In this document: positions 18,669 through 29,652 of the stretch, one piece after another | Layout of the letters: the number at the start of each line of letters is the position of its first letter | Position numbering within the stretch: the first letter of the stretch is position 1 | Assembly: GCF_000011805.1 (NCBI RefSeq) | Contig: NC_006840.2 | From: Aliivibrio fischeri ES114 | GTDB taxonomy: Bacteria > Pseudomonadota > Gammaproteobacteria > Enterobacterales > Vibrionaceae | Reading direction: 5' to 3' (one strand) | DNA: 32,000 bases | Translations under genes and position numbers: made by a program | Notes under the pieces: generated by a model | Databases searched by the model: none | Told to the model about the DNA's origin: nothing | The model's input: only the letters and a program-made list of their open reading frames with translations

Positions 18669-19676
18669 TTACATGGCTGCTTTTTTCGCTTCATTTATCC
18701 AAGAGTCAAATAAATTACGGTTTGCTTTTATCCAACCATTGACGTGAGATTCAATATCAGCAGTGCTGTTTTTACCTTTACTCATCATCATGTTTTGCGC
18801 ACTCACATCGTTGATGTTTAGCTTAATTATTTCAAATAACTTTGCAGCCGCTGGGTTTTGTGCAGCAAATTCTTTATTCGCAATAATACGCATAGAGTTC
18901 ATTTCAAAACCGTAGTTTTTACCATTTGATAATGTGGTATCTACATTTTTACGTTCACCCGGTAATGCAGAGAAAGGAACTTCTAACCAAACAACGTCTT
19001 TATTTGGTACTAGAACACCACTTACCCAGTAAGGTGTCCACGTATAGTAGAGAATTGGCTCGCCATTTTTATAACGTGAAATCGTATCAGCAATAATTGC
19101 TGCGTAGTTACCTTGGTTATGTGTGACAGTATCTTCAAGTTGATAAGTCTCAATTTGGTGTTCGATTACCATTTCGCAGCCCCAACCAGGATTACAACCA
19201 GTAAGATCCGCTTTGCCATCACCATCAGCATCAAATAATTTAGCTATCTTTGGATCTTTTAATTGACCAATATTAGTGATGCCATATTTCTCTGCTGTTT
19301 TTTTATCAATTAAGTAACCTTGAGCTGCGCCACTTACGTATTGGCCTTGACGGTAGAATTTGTCATCTCCACCAGACATTGTGTATTTATCGGCATGAAG
19401 AGGGAACCATCCAACAGCAAGAAATGTTGCATCGCCTTTAGCAATTGATGTGTAAGCAACGTTATAATCCACTTCTTTTGTTGGTTGTACATCATAACCA
19501 AGTTCTTCAAGAGCGCGATTTACAATCGAGGTTTGAAATGTTTCTTCAGCAACTGTTGATTGAAGAGCTTGAACGCTAACTCCTTCTCCTGGAAGCTTTT
19601 CAGCCCAAACATTAGTAGATAAAGCTAATGTCGAAACGATACTGGCTGTTAGTGCTTTCTTCCATGAATTAATCAT
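18669..19676 (-). CDS. proX: Glycine betaine/proline betaine ABC transporter periplasmic substrate-binding protein
   Basis: 335 aa with a signal peptide, located at the end of a proV-proW-proX operon. It carries the Trp-rich binding-pocket context typical of ProX ([13 protein letters not shown]). Confidence 0.88.
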   Translation of the reverse strand: MINSWKKALTASIVSTLALSTNVWAEKLPGEGVSVQALQSTVAEETFQTSIVNRALEELGYDVQPTKEVDYNVAYTSIAKGDATFLAVGWFPLHADKYTMSGGDDKFYRQGQYVSGAAQGYLIDKKTAEKYGITNIGQLKDPKIAKLFDADGDGKADLTGCNPGWGCEMVIEHQIETYQLEDTVTHNQGNYAAIIADTISRYKNGEPILYYTWTPYWVSGVLVPNKDVVWLEVPFSALPGERKNVDTTLSNGKNYGFEMNSMRIIANKEFAAQNPAAAKLFEIIKLNINDVSAQNMMMSKGKNSTADIESHVNGWIKANRNLFDSWINEAKKAAM

Positions 19677-19678
19677 TC

Positions 19679-20761
19679 TTATTTCTCCTTAAGTTTCAGT
19701 TCTTGTTTTGGTTCTTTTTTTTGAGCAAATATTTTTAGTAAGATGGCGACAGGTCCTATTTGATACCAACGTAATTTGGTATTGCCTGCGTTTACACCTA
19801 ATATTTGAGTGATTCTATCGAGTAAAATGGCAAGGATAACAATACCTAGACCACCAACGGCAGCTAACCCCATATCCAATCGTCCAATGCCTCGTAATAC
19901 CATTTGACCTAAACCACCTACAGCAATCATAGATGCGATAACAACCATAGACAGAGATAGCATTAAGGTTTGGTTTACACCAGCCATGATAGTTGGCAGC
20001 GCGAGAGGTAATTGGATCCGATAAAGCATCTGTTTTTTATTCGCCCCAAAAGAATGTCCAGCTTCAATAAGGTCGGTAGGTACTTGCTGAATACCGAGTA
20101 TGGTTAAACGAACAACCGGAGGTAGAGCAAAAATGATGGTTACGACTACACCTGGAACATTACCAATACCAAATAGCATAACTATTGGAACTAAATAAAC
20201 GAATGCAGGGGTGGTTTGCATTGCATCTAAGATAGGTCTAATAAATTTGGCAGCAGTGCGACTTCTTGCTAACCAGATCCCCATAGGGAGTCCGATAAGT
20301 AAACAGAAAAACACAGAGGTCATAACCAGAGCAAGGGTCGTCATTGCTTGTGACCAAGCACCGATAAGTCCTATAAATAACAGTGAAATTGCAGTGGATA
20401 CACCAAGCTTTAGATTTGAAAATTGCCACGCAAGTAAAAATAAAATAAGCAACATGAATGGCGCAGGTGTTGATACAAGAGCGGTTTCAAAAGAGCTTAA
20501 AATAAAGTCGATAGGAACACGTATTGCTTGAAATAGGGGGCGACCATGCTCTACTAACCAATTTAATCCAGATTCAACCCATGTATCTACAGGAAGAACC
20601 GCTTCTTCAAATGGGTTTAAAATATCAAAAGATTTAGTGTCTACTGTTTCTGTTGTTAACCAATCGTTTGAAGATGCTGATTCGCTTGCTTGACCCCAAG
20701 GATCGTTTGATTGAGTTTCAGTTTGTGACCATGGATCATTTGTTGTTTGATTTGTTGGCAT
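19679..20761 (-). CDS. proW: Glycine betaine/proline betaine ABC transporter permease
   Basis: Long stretches are identical to remembered E. coli ProW ([57 protein letters not shown]). It has the acidic Trp-containing N-terminal extension typical of ProW. Confidence 0.93.
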   Translation of the reverse strand: MPTNQTTNDPWSQTETQSNDPWGQASESASSNDWLTTETVDTKSFDILNPFEEAVLPVDTWVESGLNWLVEHGRPLFQAIRVPIDFILSSFETALVSTPAPFMLLILFLLAWQFSNLKLGVSTAISLLFIGLIGAWSQAMTTLALVMTSVFFCLLIGLPMGIWLARSRTAAKFIRPILDAMQTTPAFVYLVPIVMLFGIGNVPGVVVTIIFALPPVVRLTILGIQQVPTDLIEAGHSFGANKKQMLYRIQLPLALPTIMAGVNQTLMLSLSMVVIASMIAVGGLGQMVLRGIGRLDMGLAAVGGLGIVILAILLDRITQILGVNAGNTKLRWYQIGPVAILLKIFAQKKEPKQELKLKEK

Positions 20762-20764
20762 GAC

Positions 20765-21952
20765 TTATCCCTTATCTAACGTTTGTAGAAGTCGTGATTT
20801 AGTCACAACACCAAAGTAATTACCGTTTTTGTCAACGACAGGAACGGAATAAGGAACGTCAGCAACAATACCTAAAATATCATTAATTGGCTGTTCAGGT
20901 GTAAGAGTGACGCCATTTGCCAGTTGAGCACTTATTAATGAATTATGGTCATTATGAGCTTCGCGAAGAGAGTCGACAGAGACTATGCCAGAGTAGTGGT
21001 TACTTTTATCGACAATAATCCCATACTCGCGATCATTATCAATTAAGATTTGAAGAGCTGAAGCTGGGCCATCATGTTCTGATTTTTTAAAAACAGCGGC
21101 AGGTTTTTTTCGTGCAATATCTTTAGCCGTTAAAACGCTAGCAACATTTACACCTCTGAAAAATGCTTCAACATAGTCATTGGCTGGATTATTAAGGATA
21201 TCATCTGGAGTGCCTACTTGAACGACTTCACCATTTTGCATAATAGCAATGCGATCACCGATCCTCATCGCTTCATCAAGATCATGAGAGATAAAAACTA
21301 TCGTGCGTTTATCGTCATTTTGTAAGCGAATGAGCTCGTCTTGCATTTCAGTTCTGATTAAAGGATCAAGAGCAGAAAATGCCTCATCCATTAATAAAAT
21401 ATCTGGATCACAAGCTAATGCTCTAGCAAGACCAACTCGTTGTTTCATACCACCAGATAGTTCATCAGGATAAGATTCAGAATAGGCACCAAGTCCAACT
21501 CTATCTAGCGCTTCTAGTGCACTTGCTTTTCTTTTTTCCGTATCAACTCCTGCGAGTTCTAAACCAAAAGCTGCATTTTCTATGACTGTCATGTGTGGCA
21601 TTAGAGCGAAGTTTTGAAAAACCATGGAGATGTTGTTGCGGCGAACTTGGCGAAGTTCTTCTTCTGAAATGTGGGCGATGTCTTTTCCTCTGAGAAACAC
21701 ATTACCTTTTGTTGGTTCGATAAGTCGATTGAGAAGACGAACTAATGTGGATTTTCCAGAACCAGAAAGTCCCATTATTACGAAAATTTCGCCTTCTTGA
21801 ATACTAAGAGAAACATCATTAACCCCAATCGTTAATCCCGTTTTCTCAAACACTTGATCTTTATTTGCGCCTTTATCAATCATTGAAAATGCACGTTCAG
21901 TGTCTTCTCCAAATACTTTGTACAGTCCCTTAACTTCCAGTATGGGATTCAT
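20765..21952 (-). CDS. proV: Glycine betaine/proline betaine ABC transporter ATP-binding protein with C-terminal tandem CBS domains
   Basis: Walker [10 protein letters not shown], signature LSGGMKQR and Walker [13 protein letters not shown] are present, followed by a C-terminal CBS region of about 120 aa. Confidence 0.93.
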   Translation of the reverse strand: MNPILEVKGLYKVFGEDTERAFSMIDKGANKDQVFEKTGLTIGVNDVSLSIQEGEIFVIMGLSGSGKSTLVRLLNRLIEPTKGNVFLRGKDIAHISEEELRQVRRNNISMVFQNFALMPHMTVIENAAFGLELAGVDTEKRKASALEALDRVGLGAYSESYPDELSGGMKQRVGLARALACDPDILLMDEAFSALDPLIRTEMQDELIRLQNDDKRTIVFISHDLDEAMRIGDRIAIMQNGEVVQVGTPDDILNNPANDYVEAFFRGVNVASVLTAKDIARKKPAAVFKKSEHDGPASALQILIDNDREYGIIVDKSNHYSGIVSVDSLREAHNDHNSLISAQLANGVTLTPEQPINDILGIVADVPYSVPVVDKNGNYFGVVTKSRLLQTLDKG

Positions 21953-21984
21953 GTTTTAGATCCTTTATTAAAAAATTGCTTAGT

Positions 21985-22013
21985 ACTATAAGTAAAATGC
22001 GGTTGATAATCAA
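21985..22013 (-). promoter_or_regulatory. Candidate sigma-70 promoter of proVWX
   Basis: The minus strand reads TTGATT (22013-22008), a 17-bp spacer, then TATAGT (21990-21985), 32 nt upstream of the proV ATG. Confidence 0.4.
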
Positions 22014-22274
22014 GAGTTACCATATTGTAAAATTATTCACCAAATTCATTTTATTGATAAATGAGTCGCATAAGTGCGAATTTGTATTTTGTAAGCAATT
22101 GATTGTACGTAGTTTAAAGTCTTGGTAATAAGCAATAGTATCAATTTAATAACACGTTGAATCTGGAGATTAGATTGAAAACAAATGAAGTTAATAGAGG
22201 TATTTTGATAATTAATTTGAGTACGAATTAAATTCTAGAGGGGAGGGAACTATGTGCTAATGATCAGTTCTATC

Positions 22275-22314
22275 TTCACTTCGATAAACAATGACATTGT
22301 CTACTCGAAGTGAA
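22275..22314. repeat. Nested perfect inverted repeat downstream of yfcH
   Basis: The outer arms are TTCACTTCGA (22275-22284) and TCGAAGTGAA (22305-22314). The inner arms are ACAATG (22288-22293) and CATTGT (22295-22300). There is no U-run on the yfcH strand. Confidence 0.6.
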
Positions 22315-22341
22315 TGATATTTTAAAGTGGAAGGGGCGAGG

Positions 22342-23247
22342 TTATTGTAGAAGTTGTTTTAATGCCGATTCTATCCGTGAGTAGCGAAATTTGAATCCTT
22401 CATTAACTAAACGTTTTGGTCTTATACGTTGGCTATCTAAAAGTAATACTGCGGATTCACCTAGAATTGTTTTAATTAATAATTTAGGGGTGAATAAAAA
22501 ATGTGGGCGTTGCAGTGTTCCTGCTAAGGCTTGGCTAAATACGCGGTTGGTTACAGGGTGAGGAGCCGTGATGTTATAAATACCATGGCTTTGCTCTTCA
22601 AAAACTAAGTGTAAGATAGCAGAAACCATATCATCAATATGTATCCATGACATATATTGTTTACCGTTACCGATTGGTCCACCTAAACCGAGTTTGTATG
22701 GGAGTAACATTTTTCCTAGTGCTCCACCAGATTGCGATAACACAATGCCAGTACGCAGTATGCAAACTCGAGTATTGTCGTTTTGAGCTTGGAGTGCTTT
22801 GCTTTCCCATTCTTGACATACTTGATGAGTAAAATCGGGTAGGGATACCTGCATGCTTTCGTCTATGTTCTTATTATCATGATTGCCGTAATAGCCGATA
22901 GCTGATCCAGAAATAAAACAACTAGGTGGAGTTGAAGAGGCAAGACAAAGTTCAGAAAGCTGTTGTGTTAGTTCACATCTACTCTGAATGATTTTTTTCT
23001 TTTGTTTTTTTGTCCATTTTTTATCGGCAATTGGTTCTCCAGCTAGATTGATAATAATATCTATATCATTGAAATTTGGAAAAGATGACAGGTCAGAAAC
23101 AAACTCTACATGTGGTAAAGCAAGGTGGTTTAAAGAAAGTTGGGCTTTTTTTATATTTCGAGTAAGAAGGATTAAGTGATGCCCTTTTAGGTGGTCGAGT
23201 AATTGCTTTCCTATTAATCCTGTACTACCTGTTATGAGTATTTTCAT
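22342..23247 (-). CDS. yfcH: TIGR01777/YfcH family epimerase-like protein (atypical SDR fold plus DUF1731)
   Basis: 301 aa with the N-terminal Rossmann motif ILITGSTGLIG and length and C-terminal region typical of YfcH. It is divergent from yfcE, which is the neighbouring locus in E. coli. Confidence 0.75.
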   Translation of the reverse strand: MKILITGSTGLIGKQLLDHLKGHHLILLTRNIKKAQLSLNHLALPHVEFVSDLSSFPNFNDIDIIINLAGEPIADKKWTKKQKKKIIQSRCELTQQLSELCLASSTPPSCFISGSAIGYYGNHDNKNIDESMQVSLPDFTHQVCQEWESKALQAQNDNTRVCILRTGIVLSQSGGALGKMLLPYKLGLGGPIGNGKQYMSWIHIDDMVSAILHLVFEEQSHGIYNITAPHPVTNRVFSQALAGTLQRPHFLFTPKLLIKTILGESAVLLLDSQRIRPKRLVNEGFKFRYSRIESALKQLLQ

Positions 23248-23374
23248 CTCGTCTCCTGCAAGATATTTTCGTTATCTGTCTAACTAAGTATAAATTGACT
23301 TCAATGATTGGCAACTTTGCTTACATTTCCTTTATACTTTGTGTTCGCATTATATCGATATTTAAGGACCTTTC

Positions 23375-23926
23375 GTGAAACTATTTTTTGCTTCGGATCT
23401 GCATGGATCTTTACCTGCAACCCAGCGTGTTATTGATACGTTTCTAGCTTCAAAAGCAGATCACCTGATTTTACTTGGGGATTTAATTAATTTTGGTCCA
23501 CGAAACCCATTACCTGAAGGTCACAACCCAATTGCGGTTGCCGAATTATTAAATCAATATGCAGATTCTATCATTGCAGTAAGAGGGAATTGTGACAGTG
23601 AAGTTGATCAGATGTTGCTTTCATTTCCTATCATGTCTGATTATCACATTGTGCTATTACCAACGGGTCAAAAATTATTTTTAACTCATGGCCATATTTA
23701 TAATGCTGATAAGCGACCACCATTGAAAAAAGGCGATATTATCGCTCATGGTCATACGCATATTACGGTTGCTGAGTGGGTTGGAGAGCAAATTATTTTT
23801 AATCCAGGTTCAACAACTTTCCCACGTATTGAAGGGGAGAAAGCAAGTTATGGGTTACTTGATGGGCAGACGTTAAGTGTATGTGACTTTGAAGGTAATA
23901 CTTTGCACTCGATTGATATTCAATAA
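23375..23926 (+). CDS. yfcE: Mn-dependent phosphodiesterase YfcE (MJ0936 metallophosphoesterase family)
   Basis: Colinear with remembered E. coli YfcE (FASDLHGSLPAT, ILLGD, NFGPRNPLPEG, AVRGNCDSEVDQMLL, LTHGH, GHTH). It has a GTG start with AAGGA 6 nt upstream. Confidence 0.88.
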   Translation: MKLFFASDLHGSLPATQRVIDTFLASKADHLILLGDLINFGPRNPLPEGHNPIAVAELLNQYADSIIAVRGNCDSEVDQMLLSFPIMSDYHIVLLPTGQKLFLTHGHIYNADKRPPLKKGDIIAHGHTHITVAEWVGEQIIFNPGSTTFPRIEGEKASYGLLDGQTLSVCDFEGNTLHSIDIQ

Positions 23927-23943
23927 TTATATTTTTTAGATAT

Positions 23944-23975
23944 AAAAAAAGAAGCGTAATAATCGCTTCTTTTTT
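23944..23975. terminator. Bidirectional rho-independent terminator between convergent yfcE and toxS
   Basis: GAAGCG (23951-23956), loop TAATAAT, CGCTTC (23964-23969). It is flanked by A7 and T6, which can extend the stem. Confidence 0.8.
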
Positions 23976-23993
23976 ATTAGTTTGAAATCATTG

Positions 23994-24539
23994 TTAATGC
24001 GAAAATAGAATACCAGAACCGTAATTTAAGCTCGTTAGCAATAATGTTTTGTCATTAACCACATCAACTCGCTTACTTTGTTGAGCATCCATTCTGAAAA
24101 CTCGCATAATCAGCTTTTTCTGAGATCCTGAAAAGTTTTTGTTGTCACTAGCAGTAACATCTTTAAATTCAGTAGGGTCAATAAGTAAATAATCACCGCT
24201 GTAATCCCAATTACCAGTCTCCATTACATTGATTGTTAATGGGTGAATTTCATCAGCTAATCCACTGTAAATCGTTAATGTAGATGACTTTGAATAGGTT
24301 TTATTTGGTAAATAAACCACGTTAGATTTAATATCAGCACGTTTAAGTGGGCCCATATCCTCATAGTCTGTGTCTATTCGAACTGTGCTCATACTTTGCC
24401 ATTCTTTAGATATTAATAGCTGTTCTACTTTACTGTCGCTTTTCCAATAAAACCATGCACTACCTATTATTGAGATAGTTAGCAGGATTAAGGGTAATAA
24501 ACGTTTGAATAGAGGTAACTGCTCTTTGTTTATCCACAT
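23994..24539 (-). CDS. toxS: ToxS, periplasmic membrane-anchored partner and stabiliser of ToxR
   Basis: 181 aa with one N-terminal TM. It aligns with remembered V. cholerae ToxS (KVEQ.L.S.EWQS, MGPL.R.D..SNV.YLPN, FKMDAQQS.RVD.VN..T.L.TSL..GS..LFS). The ATG overlaps the toxR stop (ATGTGGATAA), which implies translational coupling. Confidence 0.9.
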   Translation of the reverse strand: MWINKEQLPLFKRLLPLILLTISIIGSAWFYWKSDSKVEQLLISKEWQSMSTVRIDTDYEDMGPLKRADIKSNVVYLPNKTYSKSSTLTIYSGLADEIHPLTINVMETGNWDYSGDYLLIDPTEFKDVTASDNKNFSGSQKKLIMRVFRMDAQQSKRVDVVNDKTLLLTSLNYGSGILFSH

Positions 24540-25411
24540 ACCTTATCCACCCCTTTTTGATCAATTAGCAAGCGTACACTGATGCTTTGATCACTGTGTT
24601 CTTCGCTATGTATATAATTTAATGTAATTTGATTTGGTTGACCGCTAGTGGCAATAACTTCAATTGGTTTTAATGAATCAGTGTGCTTTGAATTATAAAA
24701 ATTTGTACATTGCTCAATAAGAGGTTTCCACTGTTCGATACTAGGGTGGTTAACCGGAACAAAAACAGGCGTATTATCATAATTAGCAACTTGAACAAAA
24801 GCATCTGATTTTGGCGTATGATTGACATAAGCAATAATAGGCAAAACAAAAGCAATAATAAGCATTATTGTGCCTAAAAGAGATAGATGTGCTTGTGGTG
24901 CTGAATTAGTCGTAGATGGCTGATTTATTGTTGCGTTTTGTTGCGGTGCCACAGCTTGTGCTTCTTGAGCATCATCTTGATGCACTGAAGCGGTATTTAG
25001 AGAATCGATTGACGGAGTATTCTCTAAATTGTGTTCAGTTTCAACTTCTGTTTGCTGGTCAGGATCGACTTGAGCAACAGCTGTTGAAATAAATTGATAA
25101 CCACGTTTTGGTACTGTTTTGACATAAACAGGTAACTTGGTTGGGTCTTGGAGCATCTTCCTTAATGTAGAGATAGCTTGAGTTAAACTTGAATCATCAA
25201 CTTCAAAGCCTTGATCTCTCCAAACATACTCATGTAATTCGTGACGGCTAACAACCTTCCCTGGTTCTTGAATCAGCAGGCTTAAAACTCGACTTTCATT
25301 ACCACCCAAGCGAATAATCTCATCATCATTTAGAGTATCAATAAGACTATTGTCGTTTGGATCGAAGAGAAACCGGTCGCCAATAATAATTTTGTTATTT
25401 TCTGTATTCAT
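24530..25411 (-). CDS. toxR: Transmembrane transcriptional regulator ToxR (OmpR-type winged helix, single TM, periplasmic domain)
   Basis: VWRDQGFEVDDSSLTQAISTLRKML...YVKTVPKRGYQ and the C-terminal LKPIEVIATSGQPNQITLNYIH...KVCG are almost identical to remembered V. cholerae ToxR. It has a TM segment (LLGTIMLIIAFVLPIIAYV) and is divergent from htpG as in V. cholerae. Confidence 0.93.
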   Translation of the reverse strand: MNTENNKIIIGDRFLFDPNDNSLIDTLNDDEIIRLGGNESRVLSLLIQEPGKVVSRHELHEYVWRDQGFEVDDSSLTQAISTLRKMLQDPTKLPVYVKTVPKRGYQFISTAVAQVDPDQQTEVETEHNLENTPSIDSLNTASVHQDDAQEAQAVAPQQNATINQPSTTNSAPQAHLSLLGTIMLIIAFVLPIIAYVNHTPKSDAFVQVANYDNTPVFVPVNHPSIEQWKPLIEQCTNFYNSKHTDSLKPIEVIATSGQPNQITLNYIHSEEHSDQSISVRLLIDQKGVDKVCG

Positions 25412-25514
25412 CGGTTATTAACTCAGTAGTGGCAGTTCTTAGATATGATAAAGAGTATCACTTTTAGAATGTCTATATTATGTCAAAATTTATCATTAAT
25501 CATTTTTGATCTAT

Positions 25515-25540
25515 AAAAAAAGCAAAAAAACAGCAAAAAA
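25515..25540. promoter_or_regulatory. Three phased A-tracts in the toxR-htpG divergent control region
   Basis: A7 (25515-25521), A7 (25524-25530) and A6 (25535-25540) start 9 and 11 bp apart, averaging one helical turn. They lie 25-50 bp upstream of the htpG -35 element. Confidence 0.45.
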
Positions 25541-25564
25541 TCTGCCTGTTTTACATATCTTTAC

Positions 25565-25592
25565 CTTGAATTGCTGTTTTATGACCCTATTT
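25565..25592 (+). promoter_or_regulatory. Sigma-32 heat-shock promoter of htpG
   Basis: CTTGAAt (25565-25571), a 13-nt spacer, then CCCTATTT (25585-25592), against the consensus CTTGAAA-N13-14-CCCCATnT. It lies 50 nt upstream of the htpG ATG. Confidence 0.65.
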
Positions 25593-25642
25593 CAATATGT
25601 AAGTGTAAATAATGTTACCTCTTAATATATTGGAGTTTTTAG

Positions 25643-27538
25643 ATGAGTGAGCAAACTGCTAATAAAGAAACACGTGGATTTCAATCAGAAGTAAAACAGT
25701 TACTTCATTTAATGATTCACTCTTTATATTCAAATAAAGAGATCTTTTTGCGTGAACTAATCTCAAATGCTTCTGATGCATCAGATAAGTTACGTTTTAA
25801 AGCGCTATCAAATGGCGACTTATATGAAGGTAATGCCGATCTTGGTGTTAAATTATCTTTTAACGAGGCTGCAAATACATTAACCATTTCAGATAATGGT
25901 ATTGGTATGAGTCGTGAGGATGTGATTGAACATTTAGGTACGATTGCAAAATCGGGAACGGCTGATTTTTTCTCTAAATTATCTGAAGATCAGAGTAAAG
26001 ACTCTCAACTTATCGGTCAATTTGGTGTAGGTTTTTACTCTGCATTTATTGTTGCTGATGCGGTTACGGTTCGTACGCGTGCTGCAGGTTCTGAAAAAGA
26101 TCAAGGTGTTCAATGGCACTCAGAGGGTGAAGGTGATTACACCATTGAAGACATTACAAAAGAAAGTCGCGGTACAGATATCATTCTTCATATGCGTGAA
26201 GAAGGTAAAGAATTTCTAAATGAGTGGCGTTTAAAAGAAGTGATTGGTAAATACTCTGATCACATCGGTATCCCTGTCTCTATCTGGACTGTTGAAAAAG
26301 ACGAAGAAGGAAAAGATAAAGAAGGTAAATGGGAACAAGTAAATAAAGCTCAAGCACTTTGGACTCGTAGTAAATCAGATATTGAAGATGCTGAATACCA
26401 AGAGTTCTATAAGCATGTTTCTCATGATTTTGCTGATCCATTAACTTGGAGTCACAACAAAGTAGAAGGTAAAAATGACTACACGAGCCTTCTATATATT
26501 CCGGCAAAAGCACCATTTGATATGATGAACCGTGATCATAAAAGTGGTCTAAAACTATATGTTCAACGTGTCTTCATTATGGACGATGCTGAGCAATTTA
26601 TGCCAACGTATCTACGTTTTGTTAAGGGGTTAATTGACTCAAATGATTTACCTTTAAACGTATCGCGTGAGATTCTTCAAGATAATAAAGTAACTCAATC
26701 ATTACGTAGTGCATGTACAAAACGTGTACTGGGTATGCTTGAGAAAATGGCGAAAAAAGACGATGAAAAGTACCTTACTTTCTGGAAACAATTTGGCCAA
26801 GTTTTAAAAGAAGGCTTAGCTGAAGACTTGGCTAATAAAGAAAAAATTGCTGGGTTATTACGCTTTGCAACGACAGAAAAAGACAGTTCAGAGCAAGCTC
26901 TAGGTCTTGCTGGCTATGTTGAGCGTATGAAAGAAGAACAAGATAAGATCTTCTATCTAACAGCTGACAGCTATGCTGCTGCGAAAAACAGTCCACACCT
27001 AGAGCAATTTAAAGCAAAAGGTATTGAAGTTGTTCTGATGTATGACCGTATCGATGAGTGGCTAATGAGCTACTTAACCGAATTTGACGGTAAGCAATTC
27101 CAATCAATCACAAAAGCGGGCTTAGATTTAAGCAAGTTTGAAGATGAAGCGGAAAAAGAAAAACATAAAGAGACTGAAGAAGAGTTTAAGTCAGTTGTTG
27201 AGCGTACAAAGTCATATTTAGGCGATCGAGTTAAAGAAGTTCGTACTACGTTCAAATTAGCAACGACACCAGCGGTTGTTGTTACTGATGACTTTGAAAT
27301 GGGTACTCAAATGGCAAAACTGTTGGAAGCTGCAGGTCAAGCTGCGCCAGAAGTGAAGTACATTTTTGAAATTAATCCAGACCATGCTTTAGTAAAACAA
27401 ATGGCAGATGAAGCTGACGAAGAAGCATTTGGCCGTTGGGTTGAGATGTTACTTGGTCAAGCGATGCTTGCTGAACGAGGCTCTTTAGAAGATCCGTCGC
27501 AGTTCTTAAGTGCAATGAATCAACTGCTAGCAAAATAA
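25643..27538 (+). CDS. htpG: Molecular chaperone HtpG (Hsp90)
   Basis: 631 aa with GHKL ATPase motifs ([12 protein letters not shown]-like [30 protein letters not shown]). It is colinear with bacterial Hsp90 along its full length. Confidence 0.97.
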   Translation: MSEQTANKETRGFQSEVKQLLHLMIHSLYSNKEIFLRELISNASDASDKLRFKALSNGDLYEGNADLGVKLSFNEAANTLTISDNGIGMSREDVIEHLGTIAKSGTADFFSKLSEDQSKDSQLIGQFGVGFYSAFIVADAVTVRTRAAGSEKDQGVQWHSEGEGDYTIEDITKESRGTDIILHMREEGKEFLNEWRLKEVIGKYSDHIGIPVSIWTVEKDEEGKDKEGKWEQVNKAQALWTRSKSDIEDAEYQEFYKHVSHDFADPLTWSHNKVEGKNDYTSLLYIPAKAPFDMMNRDHKSGLKLYVQRVFIMDDAEQFMPTYLRFVKGLIDSNDLPLNVSREILQDNKVTQSLRSACTKRVLGMLEKMAKKDDEKYLTFWKQFGQVLKEGLAEDLANKEKIAGLLRFATTEKDSSEQALGLAGYVERMKEEQDKIFYLTADSYAAAKNSPHLEQFKAKGIEVVLMYDRIDEWLMSYLTEFDGKQFQSITKAGLDLSKFEDEAEKEKHKETEEEFKSVVERTKSYLGDRVKEVRTTFKLATTPAVVVTDDFEMGTQMAKLLEAAGQAAPEVKYIFEINPDHALVKQMADEADEEAFGRWVEMLLGQAMLAERGSLEDPSQFLSAMNQLLAK

Positions 27539-27559
27539 CGATTATTTGTGCTAAATAAA

Positions 27560-27600
27560 ATGAGACCTTAGTAAAGATAACACTAAGGTCTCATTGTCTT
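27560..27600 (+). terminator. Terminator hairpin after htpG
   Basis: A perfect 13-bp stem: ATGAGACCTTAGT (27560-27572) pairs with ACTAAGGTCTCAT (27582-27594). It is followed by an interrupted T tract (TGTCTTT). Confidence 0.6.
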
Positions 27601-27769
27601 TAATGACGAAAATACACACAATTTAAGAGTCAGTTTTTGCTTTTTTAATTGCAAACTTGATAGCTTTCACAGTTACGTGTATCTTCACGGCTTATTTTTT
27701 AGAAATAAAACTTATACCTAAGTTTATAAATATAGGTTAGGTAACTTTTATTTGTAAGGTTTGGTATAA

Positions 27770-28444
<675 letters not shown>

Positions 28445-28475
28445 TCTTACGTAGTCAGTAATTTATTGCTATATT

Positions 28476-28504
28476 GAAGCGGCCTTTTATAGGTCGCTTT
28501 TTTT
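28476..28504 (+). terminator. Rho-independent terminator after adk
   Basis: GAAGCGGCC pairs with GGTCGCTT (one G-U pair), loop TTTTATA, followed by a T7 run. Confidence 0.7.
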
Positions 28505-28529
28505 ATGGAAAATAAATAGGTAATTGACA

Positions 28530-29498
28530 GTGAATAATAAAAAGACAGGGGTGTTGCTGGTTAATCTTGGAACACCAACAGCGCCAACAGCTGCTGCGGT
28601 AAAACAATTTTTATCAGAATTTTTACATGATAAGCGAGTGGTGGATATGAATCGCTTCATATGGTGCCCATTGCTTCATGGTGTCATTCTTCCTATACGC
28701 GCTCCGAAAGTTGCTAAGTTGTATGAAAGCGTTTGGATGGAAGAGGGATCTCCATTATTAGTGTATTCACAACGACAGGTAAAAGCATTAGAAGCACGCC
28801 TTTCTATGCCTGTAGCTTTAGGAATGACTTATGGTGAACCAAGAATTAAATCTGGTATTGAGTCATTAGAACAACAAGGCTGTGATGAGATAATTATTTT
28901 ACCTTTGTATCCGCAATACTCTCGTACTACAACTGCAGCTGTTTTTGATCAAATTGCAAAACAATACAAAACGACACCTGTACTACCCAATTTCACCATG
29001 ATTCATAATTACCATGATCACCCTTTGTACATTAAAGCACTTGCAAACTCCGTCCGTCAGTCGTGGGAACGGAATGGAAAGGGGGATTATGTTCTTTGCT
29101 CATACCACGGCATTCCACAACGTTTTGTTGATAATGGCGATATTTATGCAGCGCATTGTGAAAGAACAACCGAATTATTAGCACAAGAGCTAGGGTTAAC
29201 TTCTGAACAAATTGGTATGAGTTATCAATCTCGTTTCGGGCGTGAAGAGTGGTTAAAACCATACACTTCTGAAACATTAAAAGCGCTTGCGCCAAAAGGA
29301 ATTAAATCACTAGACATTATTAGCCCTGCTTTTTCGTCTGATTGCCTAGAGACGTTAGAAGAACTTTCTGAAGAGTGTAAAGAGATTTTCATGGAGTCTG
29401 GTGGTCAAAAATACACCTTTATTCCGTGTTTAAATGATGATGAATTACACATTGAAATGATGGCAGATATTGTTAGTAGCAAAATTTTTAATAAATAA
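28530..29498 (+). CDS. hemH: Ferrochelatase
   Basis: Colinear with remembered E. coli HemH ([49 protein letters not shown]). The track opens at TTG 28524. GTG 28530 is preferred because AGGT (28518-28521) sits 8 nt upstream of it but only 2 nt from the TTG. The start is uncertain by 2 codons. Confidence 0.92.
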
Positions 29499-29531
29499 CG
29501 GTTATTTTAAGAAAAAAATCGTTAATAAGGG

Positions 29532-29558
29532 TTGAAAAGTACTACTTATTCCCCAATT
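29532..29558 (+). promoter_or_regulatory. Sigma-32-like promoter motif in the hemH-tig spacer
   Basis: gTTGAAA (29531-29537), the 13-nt spacer AGTACTACTTATT, then CCCCAATT (29551-29558). It lies about 280 nt upstream of the tig ATG. This is a sequence match only. Confidence 0.4.
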
Positions 29559-29652
29559 TCTCATTAAAGATTATCAACAAGTGTAGTGAGCCTCGACATA
29601 GAAACGTCAGATCGCTACAATATCGCGTCTTATTTTGCCACTTGGCTAAATG

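Noticed and set aside
20657-20761. Repeated NDPW(S/G)Q and SNDWL motifs at the ProW N-terminus, which look like an internal repeat.
   Set aside because: E. coli ProW has the same kind of acidic, Trp-punctuated N-terminal extension. This is a family trait, not a local anomaly.
22230-22252. A strong SD-like GGAGGGAAC followed by ATG-TGC-TAA, a two-codon mini-ORF in the proV upstream region.
   Set aside because: A two-codon ORF has no coding meaning. It could be chance in a 389-bp spacer, and there is no evidence for a leader-peptide mechanism.
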